A stretch of DNA of 63,824 bases, filler included, from Ferroacidibacillus organovorans (GTDB lineage: Bacteria > Bacillota > Bacilli > Alicyclobacillales > SLC66): the NCBI RefSeq assembly GCF_001642725.1. It is 3 parts of 3 records of this genome, joined end to end, with 100 filler letters (N's around TTAATTAATTAA, not from the genome) between each part and the next. Parts side by side here need not be neighbours in the genome. Positions count along the whole stretch, not along the records: positions 1 to 28,958 come from NZ_LSUQ01000032.1; 2 more parts are not named here. The stretch is one strand, 5' to 3'. The notes beneath the pieces are model-generated. The model was not told the DNA's origin. It searched no databases and saw only the letters and a program-made list of their open reading frames with translations. Made by a program: the position numbers and the translations under genes. Within the stretch, counting starts at the first letter, position 1, and each line of letters starts with the position of its first letter. Positions 12,090 to 22,356 of this stretch are shown in pieces.

Positions 12090-12143
12090 ATTGACTCACT
12101 CCATCCCGAATCTCAGTTCTGGAACATTTCCAGTCCTAGAAAA

Positions 12144-12169
12144 GACGAGACGTTGAGCCGAGAGGTTCA
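12144..12169 (-). promoter_or_regulatory. ECF sigma (SigM/W/X-like) promoter for bcrC-DedA
   Basis: Minus strand TGAACC-N16-CGTC, 54 nt upstream of the bcrC start. Confidence 0.6.
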
Positions 12170-12197
12170 ATCAAGATCGGTTTTTTCGAAAAATCAA

Positions 12198-13793
12198 CTA
12201 CACTAGCGCGTTGGACGTGCTGTGCAGTGTGAGCCCTTCGTTTCGTTCGACGACCCAGCGGGTGGCAAACTCATTTGGAAAGAGCATCACCAGCCGCTCA
12301 TCCTGGTCCTTGACCAGGAGACACGATGAGCGATCAAACAGAAGTTCGTCTGTGCGGTCGCTCACAATCCAGCGCGCGAGTTGATACGGGAGGCGAGTCA
12401 ATGACACGATCACACCATACTCCGCTTTAAGTCGATACTCAAGAACCTCGAACTGCAAAACGCCCACCACTCCGAGAATCAAATCTTCTGTGCGATTAGC
12501 GACGCGAAACAGTTGCACCGTTCCTTCTTCTGTCAATTGCGCAAGTCCTTTGTTGTATTGCTTGTACTTTCCTGTATCCATGAGTGTCACACGTGCGAAA
12601 TGTTCAGGTGAAAATTGCGGAAGACCTTCAAAGACCAAGGAACCAGACTCCATGAGGGTATCGCCGATGCGAAAGATTCCTGGATCGAAGATACCGATGA
12701 TGTCTCCTGGATAAGCCTCTTCGACAATGGAGCGATCTTGGGCGAAAAATTGCTGCGGCGCAGAGAGGTTAATGCGCTTTCCAGTGCGCGGATGGGCGAC
12801 ATTCATTCCGCGCAAAAAGCGGCCTGCACAAACGCGCACAAACGCTACTCGATCACGATGCGCCGGATTCATATTCGCCTGAATCTTAAACACAAAACCG
12901 GCGAATGTTGGCGACTCAGGCAGTAGTGGCCCTTCATTCGTAGGGCGCGCGACAGGGGTTGGCGCGAGTTCCAAAAACTGACGCAAAAACGTCTCTACGC
13001 CAAAGTTTGAAATCGCGCTGCCAAAAAACACAGGCGTAAGCTGCCCCTCTTTTATAGCAGACACATCGAATGCATCTCCCGCCACATCAAGCAGCGTAAT
13101 CTCTTCAATCAGCTTCTGGTGTTGCTCCTCACCAATTCGCTCTCTCAAGCTGTCATCCAAAACCCCGGAAAGCGGCGTGCGTTCGACTTGGTGATCGCGT
13201 CCGTCGTATTGTTCGAAAACGGTGTGGTGTCGATCAAAAATGCCGCGAAAATGAGCGCCAGAACCCACGGGCCAGTTCATGGGATAGGAACGGATACCGA
13301 GCACATCCTCTAATTCCTTGAGCAATTCAAAAGGATCGCGGCTCTCTCGATCTAATTTATTGATAAACGTAAAAATGGGAATTCCACGCATCCGACAGAC
13401 CTCGAACAGTTTAATCGTCTGTGGCTCAACCCCTTTTGCAGCATCGATCAGCATGACGGCGCTGTCTGCGGCAACCAAGGTGCGATAGGTGTCATCACTG
13501 AAGTCTTGGTGTCCTGGCGTATCGAGCAGATTGACGTGATACCCTTCATACTTGAATTGCAGAACAGTGGATGTCACAGAAATTCCACGCTTGCGCTCAA
13601 TCTCCATCCAGTCGGACGTCGCATGGCGACTCGCCTTTCTGCCCTTGATGCTGCCCGCCTCACGGATCGCCCCGCCGAATAAAAGGAGTTTCTCCGTAAG
13701 CGTCGTTTTTCCCGCGTCAGGATGCGAGATGATCGCAAACGTTCGCCTTTGTTCAATCTCTTTTTTGAGCGCTGCCATTTCTTCTGTCATCAT
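12198..13793 (-). CDS. prfC: Peptide chain release factor 3
   Basis: RRTFAIISHPDAGKTTLTEKLLL, SDWMEIERKRGISV, DTPGHQDF; start placed from RBS GAGAGGA. Confidence 0.97.
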   Translation of the reverse strand: MMTEEMAALKKEIEQRRTFAIISHPDAGKTTLTEKLLLFGGAIREAGSIKGRKASRHATSDWMEIERKRGISVTSTVLQFKYEGYHVNLLDTPGHQDFSDDTYRTLVAADSAVMLIDAAKGVEPQTIKLFEVCRMRGIPIFTFINKLDRESRDPFELLKELEDVLGIRSYPMNWPVGSGAHFRGIFDRHHTVFEQYDGRDHQVERTPLSGVLDDSLRERIGEEQHQKLIEEITLLDVAGDAFDVSAIKEGQLTPVFFGSAISNFGVETFLRQFLELAPTPVARPTNEGPLLPESPTFAGFVFKIQANMNPAHRDRVAFVRVCAGRFLRGMNVAHPRTGKRINLSAPQQFFAQDRSIVEEAYPGDIIGIFDPGIFRIGDTLMESGSLVFEGLPQFSPEHFARVTLMDTGKYKQYNKGLAQLTEEGTVQLFRVANRTEDLILGVVGVLQFEVLEYRLKAEYGVIVSLTRLPYQLARWIVSDRTDELLFDRSSCLLVKDQDERLVMLFPNEFATRWVVERNEGLTLHSTSNALV

Positions 13794-13853
13794 TAAAATC
13801 CTCTCATCCCATCCAAGCTTCGATTCAACCTTCATCCGAGCGATGCGCCATGC

Positions 13854-16800
13854 CTACGATTGTACCATGCGCCCAATCTCTTCACACAGTTGCTGTACCG
13901 AAGCCCGAAGCGGCTCCACGTCTTCAATCCATTGCGCCATCGGTTGAGTAAGTAAGTGTGGCAGCGTCTCCATCGCCCCGCGATAGATGGTGCGCGACGA
14001 TTGAAAAGACGAGAGGTGGCGATAGGTTGACTCGCGCGCCAAGTACCATTCGGAGAGCGGACAAAAACTCGAGTGGGCATGCTCTGCGATAAATCGTTGG
14101 AATCCTTCCGACTCCAAAAAAGCATAGCCCAACAATGCCAAGTCCTCTACAGGATATGCTTTGGGAAAGGTCAACTGCCCCCACGTTTTGTCGCGAAGTT
14201 TTTCAAAAAACACATTCTCTTGAATCGGCGGCGACAAGATATAACCCTGAACACGCTGCCCCCCCATGCTCGCCCAGAGGCGGAGGTCGATCTCTTCTTC
14301 AATGCCTTCAGCAATCAAGTGTCTGCCAGAAAGGCGCGAAAGCATGATCATCGAACCGGCGACCGAGAACACATTCGGATCCGAGCGAAAACGTTGAATA
14401 AATTTGCGATCGAGCTTCAGTTCATCGACGGGGAGATAGGCCGCGTGACTGAGGGATGAATAGCCTGTCCCAAAGTCATCCAAAGAAACGGCAAACCCCA
14501 TCTCTTTGAGGCCAAGGATAATCTGCGAAGCGCGATCAAGATCGGCAAGCGCCGTCGATTCTGTAATCTCTAAAACGAGTCCTTTCGCACAGCAATCTTC
14601 GAGCGAACCCTTCATATCCTGCAGAAATTCGGGATGCAAAAAGTGGTTCGCCCCGATGTTGAGCGAAACTTTTATGGACTGGCCGTGCGCATCAAGCAAG
14701 CTCCGAATGCGAACCGCTTCCCGAACGGCGTGACACCCTAGCATGCGAATGAGATGAGAATTTCGCTCCACCTCTGGCATGAACTCCCCTGGTGAGAGCC
14801 ACGCACCCTCATCAAACCAGCGAACAAGCATTTCCGCCCCCTCAATACGGTTTGACACACCCGAATACTGAGGTTGCAAGAAGTAGTGGATGGCGCCAGA
14901 GCGCAGCGCCTCCTCAAAGCGATGGCGTACGCGCTGCCTGCGGCTCGCCTCATTGGCAACGCGACCGCGATAGAGACACGCTTGGTTGCGTCCACCCTCT
15001 TTTGCCGCGTAAAGCGCTTGATCCGCATTTGCAAGGAGTGTCGCGTACGTCAAGCCGTCGTGTGGATAAACGGCCCATCCGAGGCTGCCCGTCACCTGCC
15101 CAATCCGATGGTTCATCGACGATACCGCTTCGAGGATGTGACTCCCAATCACATCCAACTGTCGCTCGTGATCGAGTTGTATCTGAAAACCGAATTCATC
15201 TCCACCCAAACGACACAGCGCGTTGTCCGACGGCATCACTGACTGTAGACGCTGCGCGACATCCTTTAAGAGGCGATCCCCAGCTTGATGGCCGAGTGTG
15301 TCATTGCACTCCTTGAATCCGTCAAGATCAAGGATGCCCACGGCGACACGCAGCTTGGAGACACTCGCCAAGGCGATTGACGCGCACGTTGCTTCTTTAA
15401 ATGCGACGCGATTCGGCAGTCCTGTCAAAGAGTCTGTCAGGCTAATCCGGCGAATCTCTTGCATCGTTTTGAGGTGCCGTTTGCCAATCTGGACATTTTT
15501 TACGATCTGATCGAGTAGAATGCAAAGTTCTTTAGAAAAATAGTCGACTTCTGTACTCGCGATGACAAGAATGGCAACCGGATCGACATCCCCATCCTCA
15601 AAGATTGGCCACGCGCCGACATTTTTCGACTTTTTAAGAATTGGATTTTCATCCCAGATCTGATGCAAGTAGGCGTCTTCCACCGGATTTTCAAGTGTCA
15701 TCGCTTGTCCAGCGCGAAAAACGCGGCTCGCGACATAGTGCCCGTGTGGGATATCCGATTCATAGAGTGACGCCACTGTATTCCAAGCTAGTTCACAATC
15801 GGTTTCCAGTAGCGAGGCTGCGGCTATCGTGCGCAATGCGCATTTTTGTCCATCCGGCATCATGATGTAGCACGTATGTGCATCTGTCTCGCGAATCAGG
15901 CAATCGACGACAGAATCGAACAATCGTTCAGACTCTGGTTCCTCCAGAAGAGACAATTGAATCATCGAGAGCGCACGCTGGTAGCTTCTCAGTCGTTCGA
16001 TCGCGTTCAAGTCATGTCGGCGCTCGAAAAAAAAGCTCACATCACTCGCCAGACTCTCCATCACCTCAAGAAGGCCAGAGGGAAAAGGATCGTCCATCTC
16101 TTGATGAAGCCCAATCACAGCTTTAATTCCGTTTGGCAAGTGAATCGGAATGGATGCGATTCCGCCTGTCAGACCATAGTGTTTCATAAGATTGCCCCAG
16201 CCGCGAAGCGAGTCGTCGTCACGCGGACATTCCACAAGACACGGACGCATTGTCGAGAGTGCGCGCCCGATCGATCCCTGTCCCTCGCGTATCTCCGGAT
16301 CAGCGCTGATCTTTAAATCCTTGATCAGTTCGACGAGTGCGCCATCGATCGCTTGAAACTCGACCCAAGAATCTTGGCTCGAAACCGTCCCAATCCACGC
16401 ACAACGCATGTGCAGATGCTTCACGATCAGCGCACACAATTGCTGGAACACCGTTTGATCGGACTGAGTCAGCGCAGTCGTAAACAAGCGATTGGCATCG
16501 GCGAGCAACATGTAAAACGAGCGCTGAATCTCACCTTCTTGTCTCTCTGCATCGCCATACCCTTCTAATTGCCAAAACACATTGTTCTGAATCCGCTTAG
16601 ACACCGCATTTTTTAAGATCCCCCGCTCGATTTCATCAGACAGTGATAATTCGTTGACTCCTTTTTCTAAATCAACAGCGAGCATTCCAAAGGTCGCGAC
16701 AACCCAGCGAATCGACAACCCGACGTTGCTATGTAATTGACCGATTTGATACAGTTCTTTTCGCAGAGATTCGTTTAGGTCAGACGTTACCATAGATTGA

Positions 16801-17045
16801 TAGTGGCATGAGATCACTTGCTCAATTTTGGTCTGATCAAAGGATTCGATGATTTTCGCCATGTCGGATTGGCGCGCGAGGTATTCATAAATCTTCTCGC
16901 TAAACATCGTTGCGCGATCAGCCAGTACGCTTCCATACTTTTCAATTAACCCTAATTCTTTGTTATCTAATGCAAAAATGTGAAGGTCTTCGGATAATGC
17001 GTTTGCATTTGGATCTGTAGACATCGTCGTATCCCCTAGATTCAA
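13854..17045 (-). CDS. Globin-coupled GAF-GAF-GGDEF-EAL c-di-GMP enzyme
   Basis: Sensor globin (IGQLHSNVGL), two GAF-like regions, intact GGDEF, EML and DDFGTGYSSL, C-terminal H..C.L..WY. Confidence 0.88.
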   Translation of the reverse strand: MNLGDTTMSTDPNANALSEDLHIFALDNKELGLIEKYGSVLADRATMFSEKIYEYLARQSDMAKIIESFDQTKIEQVISCHYQSMVTSDLNESLRKELYQIGQLHSNVGLSIRWVVATFGMLAVDLEKGVNELSLSDEIERGILKNAVSKRIQNNVFWQLEGYGDAERQEGEIQRSFYMLLADANRLFTTALTQSDQTVFQQLCALIVKHLHMRCAWIGTVSSQDSWVEFQAIDGALVELIKDLKISADPEIREGQGSIGRALSTMRPCLVECPRDDDSLRGWGNLMKHYGLTGGIASIPIHLPNGIKAVIGLHQEMDDPFPSGLLEVMESLASDVSFFFERRHDLNAIERLRSYQRALSMIQLSLLEEPESERLFDSVVDCLIRETDAHTCYIMMPDGQKCALRTIAAASLLETDCELAWNTVASLYESDIPHGHYVASRVFRAGQAMTLENPVEDAYLHQIWDENPILKKSKNVGAWPIFEDGDVDPVAILVIASTEVDYFSKELCILLDQIVKNVQIGKRHLKTMQEIRRISLTDSLTGLPNRVAFKEATCASIALASVSKLRVAVGILDLDGFKECNDTLGHQAGDRLLKDVAQRLQSVMPSDNALCRLGGDEFGFQIQLDHERQLDVIGSHILEAVSSMNHRIGQVTGSLGWAVYPHDGLTYATLLANADQALYAAKEGGRNQACLYRGRVANEASRRQRVRHRFEEALRSGAIHYFLQPQYSGVSNRIEGAEMLVRWFDEGAWLSPGEFMPEVERNSHLIRMLGCHAVREAVRIRSLLDAHGQSIKVSLNIGANHFLHPEFLQDMKGSLEDCCAKGLVLEITESTALADLDRASQIILGLKEMGFAVSLDDFGTGYSSLSHAAYLPVDELKLDRKFIQRFRSDPNVFSVAGSMIMLSRLSGRHLIAEGIEEEIDLRLWASMGGQRVQGYILSPPIQENVFFEKLRDKTWGQLTFPKAYPVEDLALLGYAFLESEGFQRFIAEHAHSSFCPLSEWYLARESTYRHLSSFQSSRTIYRGAMETLPHLLTQPMAQWIEDVEPLRASVQQLCEEIGRMVQS

Positions 17046-17331
17046 TCATGCTGTGTAAAAATATCATGGACCGGGTCGTGTATAAATCCTGTTTTCATAT
17101 ATCGCTAACCTTAATAGAGAGGATAACACAGAATCCCCATTGCGTCATGAACAATTTAACATGTTTTGTCCGCTAGTGGAGGACAAAACGAAAGAGTAAA
17201 GACAGCAATCATCACGAGACCTGAAAATGAAAACCGTCTCTTTGAAGCGCTGTGAACGTGGTAATCCTCCTTCTCCTTTGCTATGCTTACCCTATGAGTG
17301 AATGTTCACACTCACAATGAGGAGGGGTCGC

Positions 17332-18297
17332 ATGGAAGCGATGAAGTATCGTAAATTAGGAAAAGCGGGCGTCAAAGTCAGTGAAGTGAGTCTCGGTTCA
17401 TGGCTTACATACGGTGGAACCGTCGCAGACGATTCTGCGACAGCCTGTATCGATCGCGCCTACGAACTCGGCATCAACTTCTTTGATACGGCAAACGTCT
17501 ATCGGCGCGGAGAAGCCGAAAAAGTGGTGGGCAAAGCGCTCGCGAAATACCCGCGCGACTCGTATGTTCTTGCGACCAAAGGATTCTGGCCGATGGGTGA
17601 CGGGCCGAATGATCGCGGCCTCTCTCGTAAACATATCACTGAACAGGTACACGCTTCCTTGAAACGCTTGAATGTCGACTACATCGACTTGTGGCAGTGC
17701 CACCGCTATGACGTTGAGACGCCGCTTGACGAAACGTTGCGTGCAATCGATGATCTCATCCGCCAAGGCAAAATTCTCTACGCAGGCGTCAGTGAGTGGA
17801 GCGCCCTGCAAATAAGTGACGCACTTCATCTCGCAGACAAGCGACTCTACGACCGAATCGTCTCCAATCAGCCGCAGTACAGCATGCTCGCGCGCGCGAT
17901 TGAGGCGGACGTCATTCCGCTTTGCGAACGTGAAGGGATCGGACAAGTGGTTTGGTCGCCGCTCGCGCAAGGCGTATTGACCGGGAAGTATCGGCCAAAC
18001 GCCGAGGCGCCAGAAGGATCGCGCGCCGCGAACAAAGACACCGCACAGATCATCTCGCGCCTGCTTACTGACGAAAATCTGCAAAAGGTCGAACAGTTGC
18101 GCGCAATTGCACAGCGTAAAGAGTGCACACTCGCACAGTTGGCGATCGCGTGGGTCTTGCGCCAACAGAACGTATCTTCTGCGATCATCGGCGCGTCTCG
18201 CCCTGAGCAGGTGGATGAGAATATCAAGGCGATCCACGTGACCCTGCATGAAAATGACGTGAACGATATCGAAGCGATCCTAAACAATCGCCCGTAA
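17332..18297 (+). CDS. Aldo/keto reductase (Kv-beta-like)
   Basis: SLGSWLTYGG, FFDTANVY, GLSRKHI, WSPLAQGVLTGKY; RBS GAGGAGG. Confidence 0.93.
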   Translation: MEAMKYRKLGKAGVKVSEVSLGSWLTYGGTVADDSATACIDRAYELGINFFDTANVYRRGEAEKVVGKALAKYPRDSYVLATKGFWPMGDGPNDRGLSRKHITEQVHASLKRLNVDYIDLWQCHRYDVETPLDETLRAIDDLIRQGKILYAGVSEWSALQISDALHLADKRLYDRIVSNQPQYSMLARAIEADVIPLCEREGIGQVVWSPLAQGVLTGKYRPNAEAPEGSRAANKDTAQIISRLLTDENLQKVEQLRAIAQRKECTLAQLAIAWVLRQQNVSSAIIGASRPEQVDENIKAIHVTLHENDVNDIEAILNNRP

Positions 18298-18354
18298 CAT
18301 TCGTGCAGCATTCTGCATAAAATGGTAGACCCTATGCGCAATCGGACAGAAACC

Positions 18355-18396
18355 AACGCGGACTTGATCTCCATCATGGATGATCAAGTCCGCGTT
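18355..18396. terminator. Stem-loop between convergent genes
   Basis: 15-bp perfect stem AACGCGGACTTGATC / GATCAAGTCCGCGTT. Confidence 0.65.
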
Positions 18397-18457
18397 TCAT
18401 AACGTTCAAAACGGTGTCTGGTGAGGATTAGCCTGTGAGAAAACGCGTGTCGAACTT

Positions 18458-19987
18458 TTACGCACTCGCCTCGGATGTCAAGTAATCGCTCGCCTGCGTT
18501 TGGTCAGCGCCTTTATTCGCTCCAATTGCGTTAAAAATGAACGTAAAGATCACCGCGACAATCAAGTTTGCGACGAGTGCGTCCACTGCCGCATACGCGG
18601 CAAACGCGCCTTGTCCAACATGCAAGACGAAGATAGAAGATTTGAATCCATTGGCGATCGCCATCGAGGTGCCAACGATCATTCCTGCAGCCCAACCGAG
18701 TAACAACGCATGGCGGTGAAGCCAGCGCGTATAGAGACCGAGAATCACTGCGGGCAACGTTTGCAAAATCCACACACCGCCGAGCAACTGTAAATTGATC
18801 GCGTAGCTCTTTGGCAGAAGGACAATAAAGAGCAGCGCGCCAACTTTAACAACGAGCGAGCTCAGTTTTGCCACGCGCGCCTCATCCTGTGACGTCGCGC
18901 CGAGACGGATATACGCCTTATAGATATTGCGCGTAAAAAGATTCGCCGCCGCAATGGACATAATTGCCGCGGGAACAAGCGCGCCGATGGCAATCGCAGC
19001 AAACGCGAATCCCGCGAACCATGAAGGCAGTTGGTGAAGCAAGAGAAGCGGAACGACGGTCGTCGTATCTTTTGTTTTGATTCCGTCTGCAATTGCCATG
19101 TAGCCCATCAGCGTGATAAACGCGAGGACAAGCGAATAGATCGGAAGGAGCGCAGCGTTACGCTTGACAACCTTGCGGCCGCTGGCGCTGAGCGTACCTG
19201 TCATGCTGTGCGGATAGAGAAACAAAGCGAGTGCTGAGCCGAGTGCGAGCGTAGCGTAAGGCAGATAGGCTTTTGGCGAGAGAATGACTGCACCTGGTAT
19301 CGAGCGATGCGATAACACCGTTTGGGCTACACTGAAAATGTGCGCAAATCCCCCAAGCTTCGCCGGAACAACTGCAACAACGACGATAATCGTCAGATAG
19401 ATCATGATGTCCTTGACAATCGCGATCATCGCAGGCGCCCGCAATCCGCTCGTGTACGTGTAGACGGCGAGAATGGCGAACGCGATAATGAGTGGGAGCT
19501 CACCCATAAAGCCCTTCCCCGTGATGCCCATCGCGGAAATCACCGATTGCATCCCGACGAGTTGAAGCGCGATATAAGGAAGCGTTGCGAGAATGCCTGT
19601 GACGGCAATAGCCAGTGCGAGCCAGTGGCTGTCAAAACGCCCTTTGACAAAATCAGCGGCTGTCACAAAACCATGTTTCTTAGCGACAGACCACATGCGC
19701 GGCATCACGAGAAATACGAACGGATAAACGATGATCGTATAAGGAACAGCGAAGAATCCGGTCGCGCCAGAGCCGTAGAGAAGCGCAGGGACTGCAATAA
19801 ACGTGTATGCGGTATAAAGGTCGCCCCCGAGTAAAAACCAGGTGATCAAGGTGCCAAAGCGACGTCCGCCGAGCCCCCACTCATCGATGTGCCCCAAATC
19901 TCCCCGACGCCAGCGTGCGGCGAGGAATCCCATAACTGTCACTAGGATAAAAAAGAAAATAAAGACCGTTAGTGCGGTGCCATTCAC
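18458..19987 (-). CDS. Sodium:solute symporter (MctP/YhjB-like monocarboxylate permease)
   Basis: EWGLGGRRFG, WFLLGGDLYTAYTF; about 13 TMs; paired with a DUF3311 gene. Confidence 0.9.
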   Translation of the reverse strand: MNGTALTVFIFFFILVTVMGFLAARWRRGDLGHIDEWGLGGRRFGTLITWFLLGGDLYTAYTFIAVPALLYGSGATGFFAVPYTIIVYPFVFLVMPRMWSVAKKHGFVTAADFVKGRFDSHWLALAIAVTGILATLPYIALQLVGMQSVISAMGITGKGFMGELPLIIAFAILAVYTYTSGLRAPAMIAIVKDIMIYLTIIVVVAVVPAKLGGFAHIFSVAQTVLSHRSIPGAVILSPKAYLPYATLALGSALALFLYPHSMTGTLSASGRKVVKRNAALLPIYSLVLAFITLMGYMAIADGIKTKDTTTVVPLLLLHQLPSWFAGFAFAAIAIGALVPAAIMSIAAANLFTRNIYKAYIRLGATSQDEARVAKLSSLVVKVGALLFIVLLPKSYAINLQLLGGVWILQTLPAVILGLYTRWLHRHALLLGWAAGMIVGTSMAIANGFKSSIFVLHVGQGAFAAYAAVDALVANLIVAVIFTFIFNAIGANKGADQTQASDYLTSEASA

Positions 19988-20028
19988 GCGCAAATCCCTC
20001 CCCTTCATTTATTACAAGCTTAACGCCA

Positions 20029-20229
20029 TTACGCGTCGCGCGTCGCGCGATAGACAATCCCTGTCAACGCTGCGCTGATCAGCACCCAGAGCATTTGGTA
20101 CCAATAAAAAAACGGAAACCCGAATAAAGCAGGGGCTTGAAATGCGTAAAACGAAGGAAAGAGTGTGCCGATAAAAGGAATCAGCAAAAGCCAGTACCAC
20201 CCCTTGTTTGCGCGGGAAGGCGTTTTCAT
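20029..20229 (-). CDS. DUF3311 small membrane protein (symporter partner)
   Basis: PALFGFPFFYWYQMLW motif directly upstream of the symporter. Confidence 0.88.
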   Translation of the reverse strand: MKTPSRANKGWYWLLLIPFIGTLFPSFYAFQAPALFGFPFFYWYQMLWVLISAALTGIVYRATRDA

Positions 20230-20372
20230 CTGTGGTCACCTCCATTTCTGATTTTCGCTTATTCACGATTGGACTCATTATCCACGCGACCAATCGATCC
20301 GTCAAGAACGAAGTCTAGAAATCTGTGATAAAGTAGTCTCACCATTCAGAGTTTCACAACGACCATGGGGGA

Positions 20373-21542
20373 GTGACGATGGACTTTTCTTACCGCATGC
20401 AGACACAAATTGAATTCGGCGACGGACGCGCAGCAAAACTCGTGGATGATCTCTCGCTCCTGTTTAAGCCGGGAGAATCGCTGATGGTTGTCACAGATCC
20501 TGGCGTTTTGCAGACGGGAATGCTTGAGCCCCTTCTGCAAATGCTGCACAAGGCGCGTTATCAGGTTGCTTTGTTTTCCGATGTTAAGCCAAACCCGCGC
20601 GATGAAGACTGCCTGCGCGGTGCGGCGCTGATGCGCGAGCAAAACGTCAGCGCAGTCGTTGCTGTTGGCGGCGGGAGTGCCATGGATACGGCGAAAACAA
20701 TCGCGCTGCTCGGCCGCTCAGGCGGCGTACCGCGCGAGTACGCGGACGGCGAACGCCTCTATGAGGAGGTCGCTCCGATCATCTGCCTGCCAACGACCGC
20801 CGGCACTGGTTCTGAAGTAACCCGCTCTGCCGTGATCACGGAACACGCGACACACCGCAAGATGACACTGAAGCACGAGCGGTTGCGCCCAACCCTTGCA
20901 ATCCTAGATCCACTGCTGACGCGCAGCGTGCCGCCCTCGGTCACTGCGGCAACCGGAGTTGACGCGCTCGTGCACGCCATCGAGGGCGCGACGTGCCGTC
21001 TATCGACACCGCTTTCAAGAGCGTTCGGTGAACAGGCGATGCAGTTGATCGTGCCATCGCTCAGGCGAGCCGTCGCGTGTGGCGAGGATTTGGATGCGCG
21101 CAGGGCAATGCTTGAAGGCAGCCTGCTTGCGGGGCTCTCTTTCGGTTCAACCGACGTCGCCGCAGTCCATTGCCTGGCCGAAGCGCTTGGCGGACTTTAT
21201 GATACGCCGCACGGTGTGGCGAACGCCGTATTTTTGCCGAGCGTCTTGCGCTTTAATGCCGAAGCCTATCCAGTACTTCACGCAAGGCTTGCGCGCGTCA
21301 TGAACTTTGCGAGTACCGCCGATTCGGATCAGCTTGCCGTTGCAAAGCTTCTTGACGGCATTCGCGCGTGGACTGCTGAACTCGGTATCCCCAAACTCCG
21401 CGACCTCGCCAGCGTGCGCGTCGAAGATTTTGAGCACTTAGCCGACTTGGCGTTTCAAAACGGATCGACAAAGAGCAACGTCCGTCCTGTCACGCGAGAG
21501 GACTATCAAACGCTGCTCGATGAAACGTATCAGTGGACATGA
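20373..21542 (+). CDS. Iron-containing alcohol dehydrogenase
   Basis: GGGSAMDTAK, PTTAGTGSEVT, DALVHAIE, H..AEALGG..HG. Confidence 0.92.
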   Translation: MTMDFSYRMQTQIEFGDGRAAKLVDDLSLLFKPGESLMVVTDPGVLQTGMLEPLLQMLHKARYQVALFSDVKPNPRDEDCLRGAALMREQNVSAVVAVGGGSAMDTAKTIALLGRSGGVPREYADGERLYEEVAPIICLPTTAGTGSEVTRSAVITEHATHRKMTLKHERLRPTLAILDPLLTRSVPPSVTAATGVDALVHAIEGATCRLSTPLSRAFGEQAMQLIVPSLRRAVACGEDLDARRAMLEGSLLAGLSFGSTDVAAVHCLAEALGGLYDTPHGVANAVFLPSVLRFNAEAYPVLHARLARVMNFASTADSDQLAVAKLLDGIRAWTAELGIPKLRDLASVRVEDFEHLADLAFQNGSTKSNVRPVTREDYQTLLDETYQWT

Positions 21543-21569
21543 ACGCCTTGCGCTTGTAAGCGATAGGCG

Positions 21570-22349
21570 CTAGCGTCCTTCAAACTGTGGTTTTCGTTTT
21601 TCGCGAAAGGCGTGCAGGGCTTCCACGCGATCGCTTGTCGGAATCAGCGATTGGTAGGCCTCCCACTCAAGTTCTAACCCTTTCGCCAAATCGACCGAGA
21701 GCCCCTGATCGATCGCCCACTTCGCCTGCCGAACAGCGAGCGGTCCGTTCCCTGCAATCTGCTGCGTAAGCTCCCCCGCGCGCGCGAACGCTTCTTCTTT
21801 CGTATCGGCCACATCCGTCAAGAGACCGATTTGCAGCGCCTCCGTTGCGTCGATCCGCGCCGCGCTGAAGATGAGGCGTTTTGCGTGCATCGGGCCGATC
21901 AGTCGCGCAAGGCGCTGCGTTCCGCCCGCACCGGGAAGAATCGCGAGTGCCGTCTCCGTAAGCCCCACCAACGTGTCACGCGCGGCGAACCGCAAATCAC
22001 AGGCGAGCGCCAACTCAAGTCCCCCGCCAAATGCAAAGCCGTGGAGCAGGGCGATCGTCGGCATCGGCAACTGCTCGATCGCGCGAATCGCCTGCCGGAT
22101 GAGCGTGACATGTCGCTTTACTGCATCTTCCTCCATCGTCGCCCGCTCTTTTAGATCGGCGCCTGCACAAAACCCTGCTCCCTCTCCCGAGAAGAGCACA
22201 GCGCGAGCCTTTACGTCCTGTGCCATTTCGGCCGTCACTTCGATGAGCTGCCCCACCATCTCGACACTCAGCGCGTTGCGCGCCTCTGGTCGCGCAAATA
22301 CAACATGCGCCACGTCGCCTTGGCGCTCGATGTGAATCGTCATCCGCAT
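21570..22349 (-). CDS. Enoyl-CoA hydratase (methylglutaconyl-CoA hydratase/YngF-like)
   Basis: FCAGADLKER, GGGLELALACD, PGAGGTQRL. Confidence 0.9.
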   Translation of the reverse strand: MRMTIHIERQGDVAHVVFARPEARNALSVEMVGQLIEVTAEMAQDVKARAVLFSGEGAGFCAGADLKERATMEEDAVKRHVTLIRQAIRAIEQLPMPTIALLHGFAFGGGLELALACDLRFAARDTLVGLTETALAILPGAGGTQRLARLIGPMHAKRLIFSAARIDATEALQIGLLTDVADTKEEAFARAGELTQQIAGNGPLAVRQAKWAIDQGLSVDLAKGLELEWEAYQSLIPTSDRVEALHAFREKRKPQFEGR

Positions 22350-22356
22350 CCCCTCC

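Noticed and set aside
17398..18249. 283-aa antisense ORF over the aldo/keto reductase
   Set aside because: Shadow ORF fully antisense to a well-supported gene, with no recognisable motifs
20373..21542. Fe-ADH as part of the phosphoester operon (e.g. phosphonate catabolism)
   Set aside because: Opposite strand and convergent; no phosphonate marker genes nearby
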